A DNA stretch of 64,000 nt from Prevotella sp. UBA5387 (GTDB taxonomy: Bacteria; Bacteroidota; Bacteroidia; Bacteroidales; Bacteroidaceae), in assembly GCA_002407775.1 (NCBI GenBank), contig DHOP01000009.1:16457-80456 (forward strand), given 5' to 3'. The first letter of the stretch is position 1. Each line of letters starts with the position of its first letter. Positions 52,778 to 62,087 of this stretch are shown here, one piece after another. The translations under genes and the position numbers were made by a program. Under the pieces are notes generated by a model. The model was not told the DNA's origin, searched no databases, and saw nothing but the letters and a program-made list of their open reading frames with translations.

Positions 52778-55189
52778 TTATAGTTTTACCACCTTAGTCG
52801 TTGCGTCCCCACGTTTCACAATGTACGTACCCATGGGTAAGGTGTCCAAGTCATATGGTAGTCTCACACCAGCAAGATTGTATACTTCTTCTGTGCTGTG
52901 TGTTTTATAATTAATGTCAGCAACACCTGTCGAAGCATCAACAACGTGAATCTTTATATACTCATAGGAGTCACTTCCGTCCACCACATTGCTCGCTCCA
53001 CGTACCAGGATAGTGTAGTTTCCAACAGCTGTTGGTTTGCCACTAAACGTGAACACGCTTTCAGCATAGTTCTTTGTGAGTTTAAATTGGGTGTCAAGAG
53101 AATTGAGAGAGCTACCATCTGGTAGATAGGTTGAATCTACCTTTGAAGAATAGACATTGCAGTTCTGCAATTTCAGCACTAGCGGAGCGATTGAGTCTCC
53201 AAGATTTACCGTCTGTTCTAAACCTACATTAGTCTGAGGTTGAAACTTTGTAGCGAAGCGACCGGGCAGATAGTAGCCAAGGTGAGGTGGCTGGTTGTAA
53301 GCTGCATTTTGCCAAGTGATGCCCATGCGATACACATGATCATGCATCAGAGTAGGCACTCTAAATTTTGTCGGTATGTTGGTGGCAAAGATCGTAAGCA
53401 TTGAAGGATCTTGAGTATTCCATAGAATCACTTCCTCCCTCCAGTCACCAAAGAGGTCGCAAGAGAGGTTTGGAGTAGACTTTGTACTATTGCACGTTGA
53501 TGAATAGTTCACCTCATAAGGGCTGTAGAGTCTTGAGGTGCCGTTGCCATTCCACTTGTCTATCTTACCGCCATCAAAGAGTTCATCCTGCAAATCGCCA
53601 TCCCAATACATGCGAAAGTTCACTGAAACACCTGTAGACTTGACTACATTACCGGTTTGTGCACTGCGTATTTGACGGTCATTGGATGACCAAAACTCAA
53701 ATCCTCTGTTAGAGGCATCGATGTCTGCGGACAATCCTCGTCCGTTATCAGTGTCACCAGACGCATGGAGTAATATTTTTCCTGTGGCTGCATCATGGAT
53801 ATCCCAACCATAAGGCTCAGTACCATCCTCATGCACTGTGAACACTTCGAGACCCGAATGATCAGGGTCCAAGTCGCTCACATGCATGGCGTCGCCATGC
53901 CCTAATCCAACGCAATAAAGCAAACTTCCATCATCATCAATGGCCGCACTGCTATAAATAATCTCGTCCTTGCCATCTCCGTCTACGTCAGCACAACTCA
54001 AATTGTGGTTACCGTCTCCGAAAGCAGTGTGGCGCGAACCCTTACCACTTGTATTAGTAGAGTAAGTTTTCATTGTGAGCTTTCCATTGGCATCCCAACT
54101 TGTCACAGTATTATTATCAACAGAGCCATGCAACCATTTTGTCGACAACACCTTGCCATCGAAGTTCACCGCCCAAAGATATGCACGTGTATAGTATCCT
54201 CGGCACATTACAGCCGAGGGACGAGCATCCGGTCCGTCAAGATAAGCCACCGTAGCAAGGAACCTATCCCCACGGTTTCCATAAGTATCACCCCAATCCC
54301 CTGAGTAGTTGGCACTGCCAGAGCTACCAAATGCACGATTAGGACGGTAAAAAATGGTATGCTCTGCACTTCCGGTTTGACCATTGAAAACTGTGAGATA
54401 CTCAGGGCCGGAGAGAATATACCCTCCACTATTGCGATAGTCTTTTGTGTTGTCCTCAGAAGTAATGCGTGTATCAGTTGCCGCCGCAGTCACATATTTT
54501 CCCATTCCATCGATGCTTCCAGGAGCAGTCTTACAAACGAGTTCTGCTTTTCCATCTCCATCGAAGTCAAAGACAAGGAATTGAGTATAATGAGCTCCGG
54601 CACGTATATTACATCCCAAGTCAATACGCCACAGTTTCGTTCCATCAAACTTATAGGCATCAAGATAGACGTTACCAGTGATTCCGGACTGAGAGTTATC
54701 CTTGGAATTAGAGGGATCCCACTTCACGATGAGCTCGTATTCACCGTCTCCATCTACATCAGCCGCACTGCAATCGTTAGGGGAGTAAGTATAGTCGACA
54801 CCCGCAGAGGGGCGATCAAGCTTAAGTGTCGTATATTGATTAGCCCAAGGCGCAACTGCTACTGTGGTGTCGACGGGTTCACCATCAAGAAGAGTTACCA
54901 CTTGATATTGTGCGCTAGAAGTGCCAGCCTGATCAACATAACAAGTGGCATTGGATATCGTTCCTGATACATTCACACCATTGCGAAGTACAGCAAAAGC
55001 TGTGCGGGTATCGTCATCAGTGCCGAAAAACCGCCAACTCACAAGCTCGCCACCCGTGTTTGCAGGCACTGCTACAACACCACGTGTGAGCTTTTCCATC
55101 TGTGCTACAGGAGTGTTTTGTGCTTGAGCAGTTATCCCAAAGCCACCAAGCATAGTGGATAAAAGAGAAAAGTAGATACGTTTATTCAT
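52778..55189 (-). CDS. Rhamnogalacturonan lyase, PL11 family (YesW-like beta-propeller), with T9SS C-terminal sorting domain
   Basis: 803 aa. Signal peptide. ADVDGDGEYELIVKWDPSNSKDNS and YLDAYKFDGTKLWRIDLGCNIRAGAHYTQFLVFDFDGDGKAELVCKTAPG closely resemble YesW/YesX. C-terminal EVYNLAGVRLP...GTYIVKRGDATTKVVKL resembles a T9SS CTD. Confidence 0.75.
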   Translation of the reverse strand: MNKRIYFSLLSTMLGGFGITAQAQNTPVAQMEKLTRGVVAVPANTGGELVSWRFFGTDDDTRTAFAVLRNGVNVSGTISNATCYVDQAGTSSAQYQVVTLLDGEPVDTTVAVAPWANQYTTLKLDRPSAGVDYTYSPNDCSAADVDGDGEYELIVKWDPSNSKDNSQSGITGNVYLDAYKFDGTKLWRIDLGCNIRAGAHYTQFLVFDFDGDGKAELVCKTAPGSIDGMGKYVTAAATDTRITSEDNTKDYRNSGGYILSGPEYLTVFNGQTGSAEHTIFYRPNRAFGSSGSANYSGDWGDTYGNRGDRFLATVAYLDGPDARPSAVMCRGYYTRAYLWAVNFDGKVLSTKWLHGSVDNNTVTSWDANGKLTMKTYSTNTSGKGSRHTAFGDGNHNLSCADVDGDGKDEIIYSSAAIDDDGSLLYCVGLGHGDAMHVSDLDPDHSGLEVFTVHEDGTEPYGWDIHDAATGKILLHASGDTDNGRGLSADIDASNRGFEFWSSNDRQIRSAQTGNVVKSTGVSVNFRMYWDGDLQDELFDGGKIDKWNGNGTSRLYSPYEVNYSSTCNSTKSTPNLSCDLFGDWREEVILWNTQDPSMLTIFATNIPTKFRVPTLMHDHVYRMGITWQNAAYNQPPHLGYYLPGRFATKFQPQTNVGLEQTVNLGDSIAPLVLKLQNCNVYSSKVDSTYLPDGSSLNSLDTQFKLTKNYAESVFTFSGKPTAVGNYTILVRGASNVVDGSDSYEYIKIHVVDASTGVADINYKTHSTEEVYNLAGVRLPYDLDTLPMGTYIVKRGDATTKVVKL

Positions 55190-55277
55190 AAGTGTAGTTC
55201 TAATTGATTTGTCTTTGGCTAAGAAAAAGCCAAGGCATAAAATTAATAAAATATTTGGTATAGCCCTCTAAAATGCC

Positions 55278-55285
55278 TAATTTTG
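55278..55285 (+). promoter_or_regulatory. Candidate -7 box (TAATTTTG) for the LOG-family gene
   Basis: TAATTTTG lies 19 nt upstream of ATG 55304 and overlaps the TTG start used in the ORF track, which supports the 55304 start. Confidence 0.4.
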
Positions 55286-55303
55286 AAGGTTAACTATCAA
55301 AAA

Positions 55304-55837
55304 ATGATGAAAATAGCAGTTTTTTGTTCAGCCAACGAGGCTATCGACCCCGACTTTTTCAAACTTACTGAAGAGTTGGGGCAATGGATTGCGGAGAATG
55401 GTTTTGAACTTGTTTATGGCGGTTGTAACCTCGGTCTCATGGAAAGCATTGGTAAAGCGGTGCACAAAGCTGGTGGACGCACCATCGGAATGATACCCAC
55501 CATCATAGAGCAGAACGGTCAAGTATCTGACTATGTGGATGTCAACATACCCTGCGCTGATCTTTCGGACCGCAAGGAAATCATGTTGGCGCAGGCAGAT
55601 GCCATCATAGCCCTACCTGGAGGAATTGGTACTCTTGATGAGATTTTTACGGTTGCAGCCGGCCGTACCATCGGTTACCACCGCAAACCAATCATTCTCT
55701 ACAACATGAAAGGGTTCTGGTCTTCGCTTATTGACCTTCTGGATGACATGCAAGAACGTGGGGTCATCCGCGGACATTGGTCCGATTATCTTACCGTAGC
55801 TAATTCGCTCGACGACATTAAGTCGATTATGGCATAG
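55304..55837 (+). CDS. LOG-family (TIGR00730) nucleotide 5'-monophosphate nucleosidase / cytokinin riboside 5'-monophosphate phosphoribohydrolase-like
   Basis: YGGCNLGLMESIG and PGGIGTLDEIF motifs. Confidence 0.8.
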   Translation: MMKIAVFCSANEAIDPDFFKLTEELGQWIAENGFELVYGGCNLGLMESIGKAVHKAGGRTIGMIPTIIEQNGQVSDYVDVNIPCADLSDRKEIMLAQADAIIALPGGIGTLDEIFTVAAGRTIGYHRKPIILYNMKGFWSSLIDLLDDMQERGVIRGHWSDYLTVANSLDDIKSIMA

Positions 55838-55880
55838 CCAACGGCGCATCCTCGCAAGGTGATTCCAGTTTTCCGGTATC

Positions 55881-55965
55881 TTGATTCAATTTGTTTTACC
55901 ACGTGTTTCAATTTGTTTTACCGCATAAATCAATTTGAATCACGCCATGAATCAAATTGAAACAC
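55881..55965 (+). repeat. Array E of the repeat family (4 units)
   Basis: Units start at 55881, 55903, 55925 and 55947: TTGATTCAATTTGTTTTAC, GTGTTTCAATTTGTTTTAC, ATAAATCAATTTGAATCAC, ATGAATCAAATTGAAACAC. Exact 22-bp period. Confidence 0.95.
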
Positions 55966-56135
55966 AACCCCGATACGGCACAAAGCCAAACGGACAAAGG
56001 GCGTATGGCAGGACAAGAAGCATGGCCGCGGCTATGCACTGTTTCTCTGGCGGTGCGTAGAGCAGACTGATATAGTCGGTAGCCGACGAATTATAAACCA
56101 TCAAAAAAAACAGTCCCTGCCTATAACACATTTCG
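55952..56135 (-). pseudogene. Remnant of a GT-C-like gene (internal fragment homologous to 57083-58498)
   Basis: Nt 56066-56087 (ACTGATATAGTCGGTAGCCGAC) match 57737-57758 at 21 of 22 positions, with weaker similarity on both sides. A residual 49-codon frame (56101 down to 55952) reads MVYNSSATDYISLLYAPPEKQCIAAAMLLVLPY..., compared with MAYTWSATDYISILHAPSRNLWLAAATFFLSSPF in the intact gene. That frame terminates inside repeat array E. Confidence 0.6.
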
Positions 56136-56150
56136 TCCTATAATGCCAAG

Positions 56151-57086
56151 TCATTCGTCCATCCCTTCCTTTTCTTGGATGAAATAGCTTGGGCGGTGCT
56201 TGGTCTCGTGGAAGATTCGTCCGAGATACTCGCCAATAATGCCAAGCGAGATGAGCTGAACACCTCCAAGAAAGAGCAGAACGATGATTAACGTTGGGAA
56301 GCCCTGCACCGGTTCGCCTACGATGATGGTCTTAAAGAAGACGTAGCACATATATATAAAGGCAAAAAGGGACACTAGAAGTCCCAAGATCGTAGAGATG
56401 CGAAGCGGAGCCGTGGTATAGGTGGTGATGCCTTCGATGGCAAGACCGAAGAGTTTACGATAGTTGAATGATGACGTGCCTCCGTGCCTAGATTCCTGGT
56501 TGAAGCGTATCTCTTTCTTCCTAAAGCCTATCCAGCCATAGAGCGCCTTTGTGTAGCGTTGGCTTTCGCGTAGTTGGCGCAGGGCATCTACGCATTTTCG
56601 GTCGAGCAGCCTGAAGTCGCCCACATTGGGAAGGATGTCCACATTGGCCACCCTTTGCAGGAATCGGTAGTAGGCCAAGGTCAAAATCCGTCTCATAGGA
56701 CTTTCCTTTCCTCGGCTATCGCGCTTGCCATACACGTCGTCATAGCCCTGTTCCCAAAGCGCTATCATCTGTGGAATGATATCCACAGGGTGTTGCAGGT
56801 CGGCATCCATGACAATGGCGCAATCGCCGGTGACATGGTCGAACCCTGCAAGCATGGCTTGTTCCTTGCCGAAATTGCGTGAGAGCGCAATGTAAGAGAA
56901 TCTCCTATCCTGCGCCCTAACAGCCTTTATGTTAGTCAGAGTCTGGTCGCTACTCCCATCATCGATGAGCATGATTTCCCATTCATAGGTGCTTTCCTGT
57001 TGCATAAGCCGCGTAATCGACTCCTGCAAGGATTGGATATTGGATTCCTCATTATAACAAGGAACGATGATTGAGACTTTTTTCAT
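56151..57086 (-). CDS. GT2-family polyprenyl-phosphate glycosyltransferase (GtrB/ArnC/Dpm1-like)
   Basis: 311 aa. VSIIVPCYNEE, LIDDGSSD, NFGKEQA, MDADLQHP. Two C-terminal TM helices ending GEYLGRIF. Confidence 0.85.
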   Translation of the reverse strand: MKKVSIIVPCYNEESNIQSLQESITRLMQQESTYEWEIMLIDDGSSDQTLTNIKAVRAQDRRFSYIALSRNFGKEQAMLAGFDHVTGDCAIVMDADLQHPVDIIPQMIALWEQGYDDVYGKRDSRGKESPMRRILTLAYYRFLQRVANVDILPNVGDFRLLDRKCVDALRQLRESQRYTKALYGWIGFRKKEIRFNQESRHGGTSSFNYRKLFGLAIEGITTYTTAPLRISTILGLLVSLFAFIYMCYVFFKTIIVGEPVQGFPTLIIVLLFLGGVQLISLGIIGEYLGRIFHETKHRPSYFIQEKEGMDE

Positions 57087-58498
57087 TGCATTACATCTAC
57101 TTTATCTTTGTCGACTATCCATACGCAACCATAGCCGTTACTTAGTGCCGACCGACCCAGCATTCGAGCCTCAGCCTGTGCCGATGGCGTTCTGGCTATG
57201 GTAGTGTCGTTGATTGTTTGGGGCCATACATACCCCGTAGCCTGCCATACGCACCTTCCCCAGCCGATAGCTTCGTCTATGGGCACACAGAATGAGGAGT
57301 ATTTAGGGTAATCGTCATGCACTATGATACAATAGGCACGTTCTACAGAATGCTTGGTCTTGCTCACTATGTCACGGGATATTTGTTTCGAAGGCAGGGA
57401 AGTCTGCCATGCGGAGTACCAGTGATGGACGTTGACAAACGTCGCCGAAACCATGTACAGGGTAAACAACATCATCAGCCACCTACGGCTGAGGGGACTT
57501 TCCGAGCTAAGCCACCCCACAATGAGGGCGGCAATGCCCAAGGAGGCATACGCGTTCATGATGCTCAGGCTGATGAGCAGGTTGGGTAAAGCAACAGTGA
57601 CAAGGCAGGCCAGCAGAACCCAAAGCGTACGCTGCCTCCATGGTTGCTTCCTAAAAAACAAGGCGACGATAAATGGCGACGATAGGAAAAAAGTGGCCGC
57701 CGCCAACCATAGATTTCTTGACGGCGCATGAAGTATACTGATATAGTCGGTGGCCGACCAAGTGTATGCCATCCAAATGGCCAGTCCTTTCACTCGGCTA
57801 TGCAGACTTGTCACGTCCTCCACATAGCTTCCATTATGGATATCCGTCGTAGGAAGCAAGAAACGAACGATGAAATAGGCCACCGCAATGAGCAGCCCTA
57901 CGAGGAAATGACGTTTGAGTGTAACATGATTTATTCGGCCAAAAGCGAAGGAGAGCATGGGAGGAACTACCGCCCACGCAATGCCGTTGTCCTTAGACCA
58001 TGCAGAAAGCAACACAAAGACTACCCAACCCACATACCGTTGCTTGCCACTCTTTGCGAGATACCACCATACCGCCATGATGCCCCATAAGTGGGAAAAA
58101 CTCTGATTGAGAGCATCGCAACTCAAAACCGTGCCCAATATGCATGGCGACCAATAGAAGAACAAGGTGGCAAAAGCCTGTGCACCAGGTTTGAAACCAA
58201 ACATCCGGCTGAGCCAATATATCACGATGGTACTGCCGACATGGGCCGAAAGAATGAGGATATGGTTGAGTGCAGGGAAGAGCCTGTAGTCTATGGAGTT
58301 GACATAACCCATGATGGCATCGCCAGGCCGCCATGTCATGCCAAAGGGCAAGACATATTTCATGAAATCAGGGTCGTAGTTTGGTGACGACAATGTGGTC
58401 CAATCGTCGAACGTTGGAAGGATAAGCAGGATGCCCCAAAGCACAAAAGGGATGCTACAACCAATGATTACGAAAATCGGGTTAAACGTCCTGCCCAT
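57083..58498 (-). CDS. Polytopic GT-C-type glycosyltransferase-like membrane protein (GtrC/ArnT-like role)
   Basis: Start set at ATG 58498 (MGRTFNPIF...), 4 nt after the upstream stop; the ORF-track start overlaps the upstream gene. About 12 hydrophobic helices. First loop has PTFDDWTT (acidic pair). ATGA overlap with the GT2 gene at 57083-57086. Confidence 0.6.
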   Translation of the reverse strand: MGRTFNPIFVIIGCSIPFVLWGILLILPTFDDWTTLSSPNYDPDFMKYVLPFGMTWRPGDAIMGYVNSIDYRLFPALNHILILSAHVGSTIVIYWLSRMFGFKPGAQAFATLFFYWSPCILGTVLSCDALNQSFSHLWGIMAVWWYLAKSGKQRYVGWVVFVLLSAWSKDNGIAWAVVPPMLSFAFGRINHVTLKRHFLVGLLIAVAYFIVRFLLPTTDIHNGSYVEDVTSLHSRVKGLAIWMAYTWSATDYISILHAPSRNLWLAAATFFLSSPFIVALFFRKQPWRQRTLWVLLACLVTVALPNLLISLSIMNAYASLGIAALIVGWLSSESPLSRRWLMMLFTLYMVSATFVNVHHWYSAWQTSLPSKQISRDIVSKTKHSVERAYCIIVHDDYPKYSSFCVPIDEAIGWGRCVWQATGYVWPQTINDTTIARTPSAQAEARMLGRSALSNGYGCVWIVDKDKVDVMQ

Positions 58499-58502
58499 AA
58501 GA

Positions 58503-60515
58503 TTAATTGATAATGGCAATCTTACAAACCACGCCCTTGTCACCTTCGGCGGTGGCCACCTCGACCATATACACGCCAGAGGCCACGCGATGGCCGCTGT
58601 TATCGAGTCCATACCATTTGAATTGGCCTCCCGAAGCCCTTCCTTCGGCCACAAGTGAACCGTTCGCCGTGGCTATCTTCACGTCGGCATTCTCATCCAG
58701 TCCGGTAATGGTGATTGGCCCCAGATAGTCAGGACGCACAGGGTTGGGATAGGCATACACGTTCTCCTGGGTCATGCCTTCACTAGCGGTTGTGGCGTTG
58801 CTCATGTAGGAACACAGTCCAAGGTCGGTGCCAAAGTATACCTCTCCCGTGGCTTCGTTTATGGCGACGGCCTCAATATTGTTGGAAATAAGTGGGCTAT
58901 TGGTCTTGGTATAATGGGCGAGCTGCATCATGTTGTCGGCACTGATAAGGTAAATGCCACTACCGTTTGTTCCGAACCATTTACGATTAGCCTTGTCAAC
59001 AGCCATGCAAGTAATATCTACGTTAGCCAGAAGATAGTCTGCATAGTTGCTCCCATCATTGCGAGGCACCTTCACTTGGGTAAAGATAGGATTAGGAGCG
59101 TTAAACTCCGATGGTGGCAGGAGCAACGGACCAACGTCCGTGCCTACCCAAATATTTCCGTCGCGGTCCTCCGAAACGCATCGAACATACTTGACCGCCA
59201 CAGGCGTGGCATCCTCGTTGATAAACTTGACGTAGGACTTTAGCGAGTCATTACCTGTGCGATAGGCATAAAGCGAAGGCAGAAACCAGTTGGCATTGAC
59301 AAACCACATAATGCCTCGGCTATCTAACATCATACCCCTAAGATCACCAAGACTCTTGTTCTTAAACCCATTGTCATCGAGTTTCATCAGTTCTGACTGA
59401 GGGTAAGCCTTGAATTGAAAGTCAGTATTATAGGACAACAGTGACTGCGTCGGTGCCTGACTGTTGAGCAACCAAAGGTTTCCCGTGGGATCAAACTTAA
59501 CCCCTGTAACCAACTCGTACTCCTTATCTATAAGTGTGTACGACTCTATCGGTGAGTTAACACTATTGTAAAACTTAACGAATTTCCCCTCATTGAATTC
59601 ATAGATACCATTTCTTCCACCCGCAATAAGACGCTTGGGATTGTTTGGATCGATATCCAACGCGTAAATATTCTCATATTTAACACCGGTGACCTGAGAG
59701 ATGCCATTGTCCTGATAGATTTCCCAACCGTTTGGATCGAGCACCTGTACGCAAGCCTCCTGGATTTTTCCAGACTCGCCTCCACAAGTATAGAGCCGTC
59801 CCCCATGCATCTTCAGGAAGCCGAAATAGTTGTATTTAGGCCCCCCTGGGGAAAGCGTCTTGAGCAGAGCGAGGGTTTCTGGGCTAATGACCTTGGGACG
59901 ACTTGTAAACCCTCCAGCATTCGACCATTTGGCCTTGTCAAGTAGATTGTCAGCGAGCAAACCACGATGAAGTCCACTGGAGGCACTGGCGGCATAGAGA
60001 TAATTGCCCTCAATATAGGTGTAATCCACCGAGAAGTCCAACTGATAAGTGTCACTAATCTCCGCTTTGGCAACGTTCAGCTTCACAATGCCAAAGGCTG
60101 TTGAGAGATAGGCGTCACTTCCGGCAATATCGATGGTGTTGATGGTCTTTTCCTGTGTCATCGACTTGTTCATGTAGTCGGCGATATTGACGACCTCATC
60201 ATTGGGCGAAAGCAAGTCTATATTGCCGTTATCGTAGATGATAACAAGCCGCTTGGCAGCCTGACACCAAGCGATATGGGCAATACCATAGTCGCTGAGC
60301 AGTGTGGTTTTATCGTAAGTTCGTATACTCTGGTCGTTCTGATTATAGCTATAGAGACCTTTGGAGGCTAGGACATAGAGCATGTTTCCACTTGCCTCAG
60401 CTACCTCCGTAGGCTCATAATAGCTAGGGTAGGCCTTCCATTGTCCCACCTGTGCGTATCCGCCCGCCATGGAAAGGCAAAGCAGCAAAAATGTAAGGAT
60501 ACTCTTTCTCATCAT
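58503..60515 (-). CDS. Secreted double beta-propeller protein (two-component-regulator-propeller repeats) with T9SS C-terminal sorting domain; PorZ-like
   Basis: 670 aa. Signal MMRKSILTFLLLCLSMAGGYAQ. Repeated propeller-blade-like segments (NIWVGT, RKWFGTNGSGIY, GEVYFGTDLGL). C-terminal YAYPNPVRPDY...GVYMVEVATAEGDKGVVCKIAIIN is a typical type A T9SS CTD. The PorZ assignment is an inference from architecture only. Confidence 0.55.
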   Translation of the reverse strand: MMRKSILTFLLLCLSMAGGYAQVGQWKAYPSYYEPTEVAEASGNMLYVLASKGLYSYNQNDQSIRTYDKTTLLSDYGIAHIAWCQAAKRLVIIYDNGNIDLLSPNDEVVNIADYMNKSMTQEKTINTIDIAGSDAYLSTAFGIVKLNVAKAEISDTYQLDFSVDYTYIEGNYLYAASASSGLHRGLLADNLLDKAKWSNAGGFTSRPKVISPETLALLKTLSPGGPKYNYFGFLKMHGGRLYTCGGESGKIQEACVQVLDPNGWEIYQDNGISQVTGVKYENIYALDIDPNNPKRLIAGGRNGIYEFNEGKFVKFYNSVNSPIESYTLIDKEYELVTGVKFDPTGNLWLLNSQAPTQSLLSYNTDFQFKAYPQSELMKLDDNGFKNKSLGDLRGMMLDSRGIMWFVNANWFLPSLYAYRTGNDSLKSYVKFINEDATPVAVKYVRCVSEDRDGNIWVGTDVGPLLLPPSEFNAPNPIFTQVKVPRNDGSNYADYLLANVDITCMAVDKANRKWFGTNGSGIYLISADNMMQLAHYTKTNSPLISNNIEAVAINEATGEVYFGTDLGLCSYMSNATTASEGMTQENVYAYPNPVRPDYLGPITITGLDENADVKIATANGSLVAEGRASGGQFKWYGLDNSGHRVASGVYMVEVATAEGDKGVVCKIAIIN

Positions 60516-60663
60516 ATTATATAATCCTAAAATAGAGTGATTTATTGTAGATTGGGGCCAGAAAAGTTGCTTTCTATGTACTCATGAAACAATCGTTTCT
60601 TGTCTGTAAATCAAGCATTACCATTTTTCAATGACATGAAAATAGTTTGTCGATTATTATTCT

Positions 60664-60671
60664 TAACTTTG
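60664..60671 (+). promoter_or_regulatory. Candidate -7 box (TAACTTTG) for miaB
   Basis: TAACTTTG lies 24 nt upstream of ATG 60695 and inside the TTG-extended ORF-track version. Confidence 0.45.
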
Positions 60672-60694
60672 CAGACTACAAAGATTGCATTTTC

Positions 60695-62074
60695 ATGAAT
60701 AAGAAACTCTATATTGAGACTTACGGATGCCAGATGAACGTGGCTGACTCCGAGGTCGTTGCGTCAATCATGCAGATGGCAGGCTATGAGCTAACCGATA
60801 ACGAAGCCGAGGCCGACGCTATATTTCTCAACACCTGTTCCATCCGTGAGAACGCGGAAAACAAGATATACCATCGTCTCGACACATTGCACGCTGAGCA
60901 AAAGAAACGTGCTGATGCCTCGACTAACACACAGCAAGCGCCACTGATTCTTGGTGTTTTGGGGTGTATGGCGGAACATGTGAAGGATGACCTGGTACAG
61001 AACCATCATGCCAATCTCGTTTGTGGACCTGATGCTTACATGGGCTTGCCAGACATGATCGCTGCTGTCGAGCTCGGACATCCTGCCGTAGATGTGGAGC
61101 TATCAACCACGGAGACCTATCGAGATGTGCTACCGCAACGCATCGGAGGCAATAAAGTGAGTGGCTTTGTGAGCATCATGCGAGGTTGTAACAACTTCTG
61201 CCACTACTGTATCGTGCCCTATACCCGTGGCCGCGAACGTAGCAGGGATCCGGAGAGCATACTCCGTGAAGTGATGGACTTGCATGAGAAAGGATTTAAG
61301 GAGGTAACCCTCCTAGGGCAGAATGTGAATAGTTATGGGTTGTTACCCAACGGCAAACGGCCGGAGAACGGTACCTCATTTGCCGAACTGCTGCGCAAAG
61401 TAGCTCGCTCGGTGCCCGATATGCGAGTACGTTTCACTACTTCCAACCCAGAAGACATGACAGAGGATATCCTCCATGCTATTGCCGAGGAACCGAATCT
61501 ATGCCGACATATCCACTTCCCCGTGCAGAGTGGCTGCGACAAAACACTGAAATTGATGAATCGCAAATATACTCGAGAGGACTATCTGAATAAGGTATCG
61601 GCCATCCGCCGCATCATACCCGATTGCGGATTGACGACCGATGTCTTCGTGGGTTACCACGATGAAACCGAGGAAGACTTTGAGCAGACACTGAGCTTGG
61701 TGCGTGAAGTAGGATTCGACTCTGCCTTCATGTTCAAGTATAGCGAGCGTCCGGGTACCTATGCTGCCAAGTACTTGCCCGATAATGTGCCCGAAGAAGT
61801 AAAGGTTGAAAGGCTCAACAAACTCATTCACCTACAGACAGAGATAAGTGCAGAGCAGAATCGGAAGGATGAGGAAAAGGTGTTTGAAGTACTTTTGGAA
61901 CGTTTTGCCAAGCGTAGTCGTGCCCAACTGATGGGTAGAACGGAACAAAACAAAGCAGTGATCATCGACAAAGGCAACCACCATATAGGCGAGCGCATCC
62001 TCGTTCGTATCACAGGATCATCTTCTGCAACGCTCTTCGGCGAAGAAGTAACCGAAGAATCAGCAAAAAACTAA
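60695..62074 (+). CDS. miaB: tRNA-2-methylthio-N6-dimethylallyladenosine synthase
   Basis: LYIETYGCQMN, radical-SAM CNNFCHYCIVPYTRGRERS, C-terminal TRAM-like domain. Confidence 0.9.
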   Translation: MNKKLYIETYGCQMNVADSEVVASIMQMAGYELTDNEAEADAIFLNTCSIRENAENKIYHRLDTLHAEQKKRADASTNTQQAPLILGVLGCMAEHVKDDLVQNHHANLVCGPDAYMGLPDMIAAVELGHPAVDVELSTTETYRDVLPQRIGGNKVSGFVSIMRGCNNFCHYCIVPYTRGRERSRDPESILREVMDLHEKGFKEVTLLGQNVNSYGLLPNGKRPENGTSFAELLRKVARSVPDMRVRFTTSNPEDMTEDILHAIAEEPNLCRHIHFPVQSGCDKTLKLMNRKYTREDYLNKVSAIRRIIPDCGLTTDVFVGYHDETEEDFEQTLSLVREVGFDSAFMFKYSERPGTYAAKYLPDNVPEEVKVERLNKLIHLQTEISAEQNRKDEEKVFEVLLERFAKRSRAQLMGRTEQNKAVIIDKGNHHIGERILVRITGSSSATLFGEEVTEESAKN

Positions 62075-62087
62075 AAACCCATCGATT

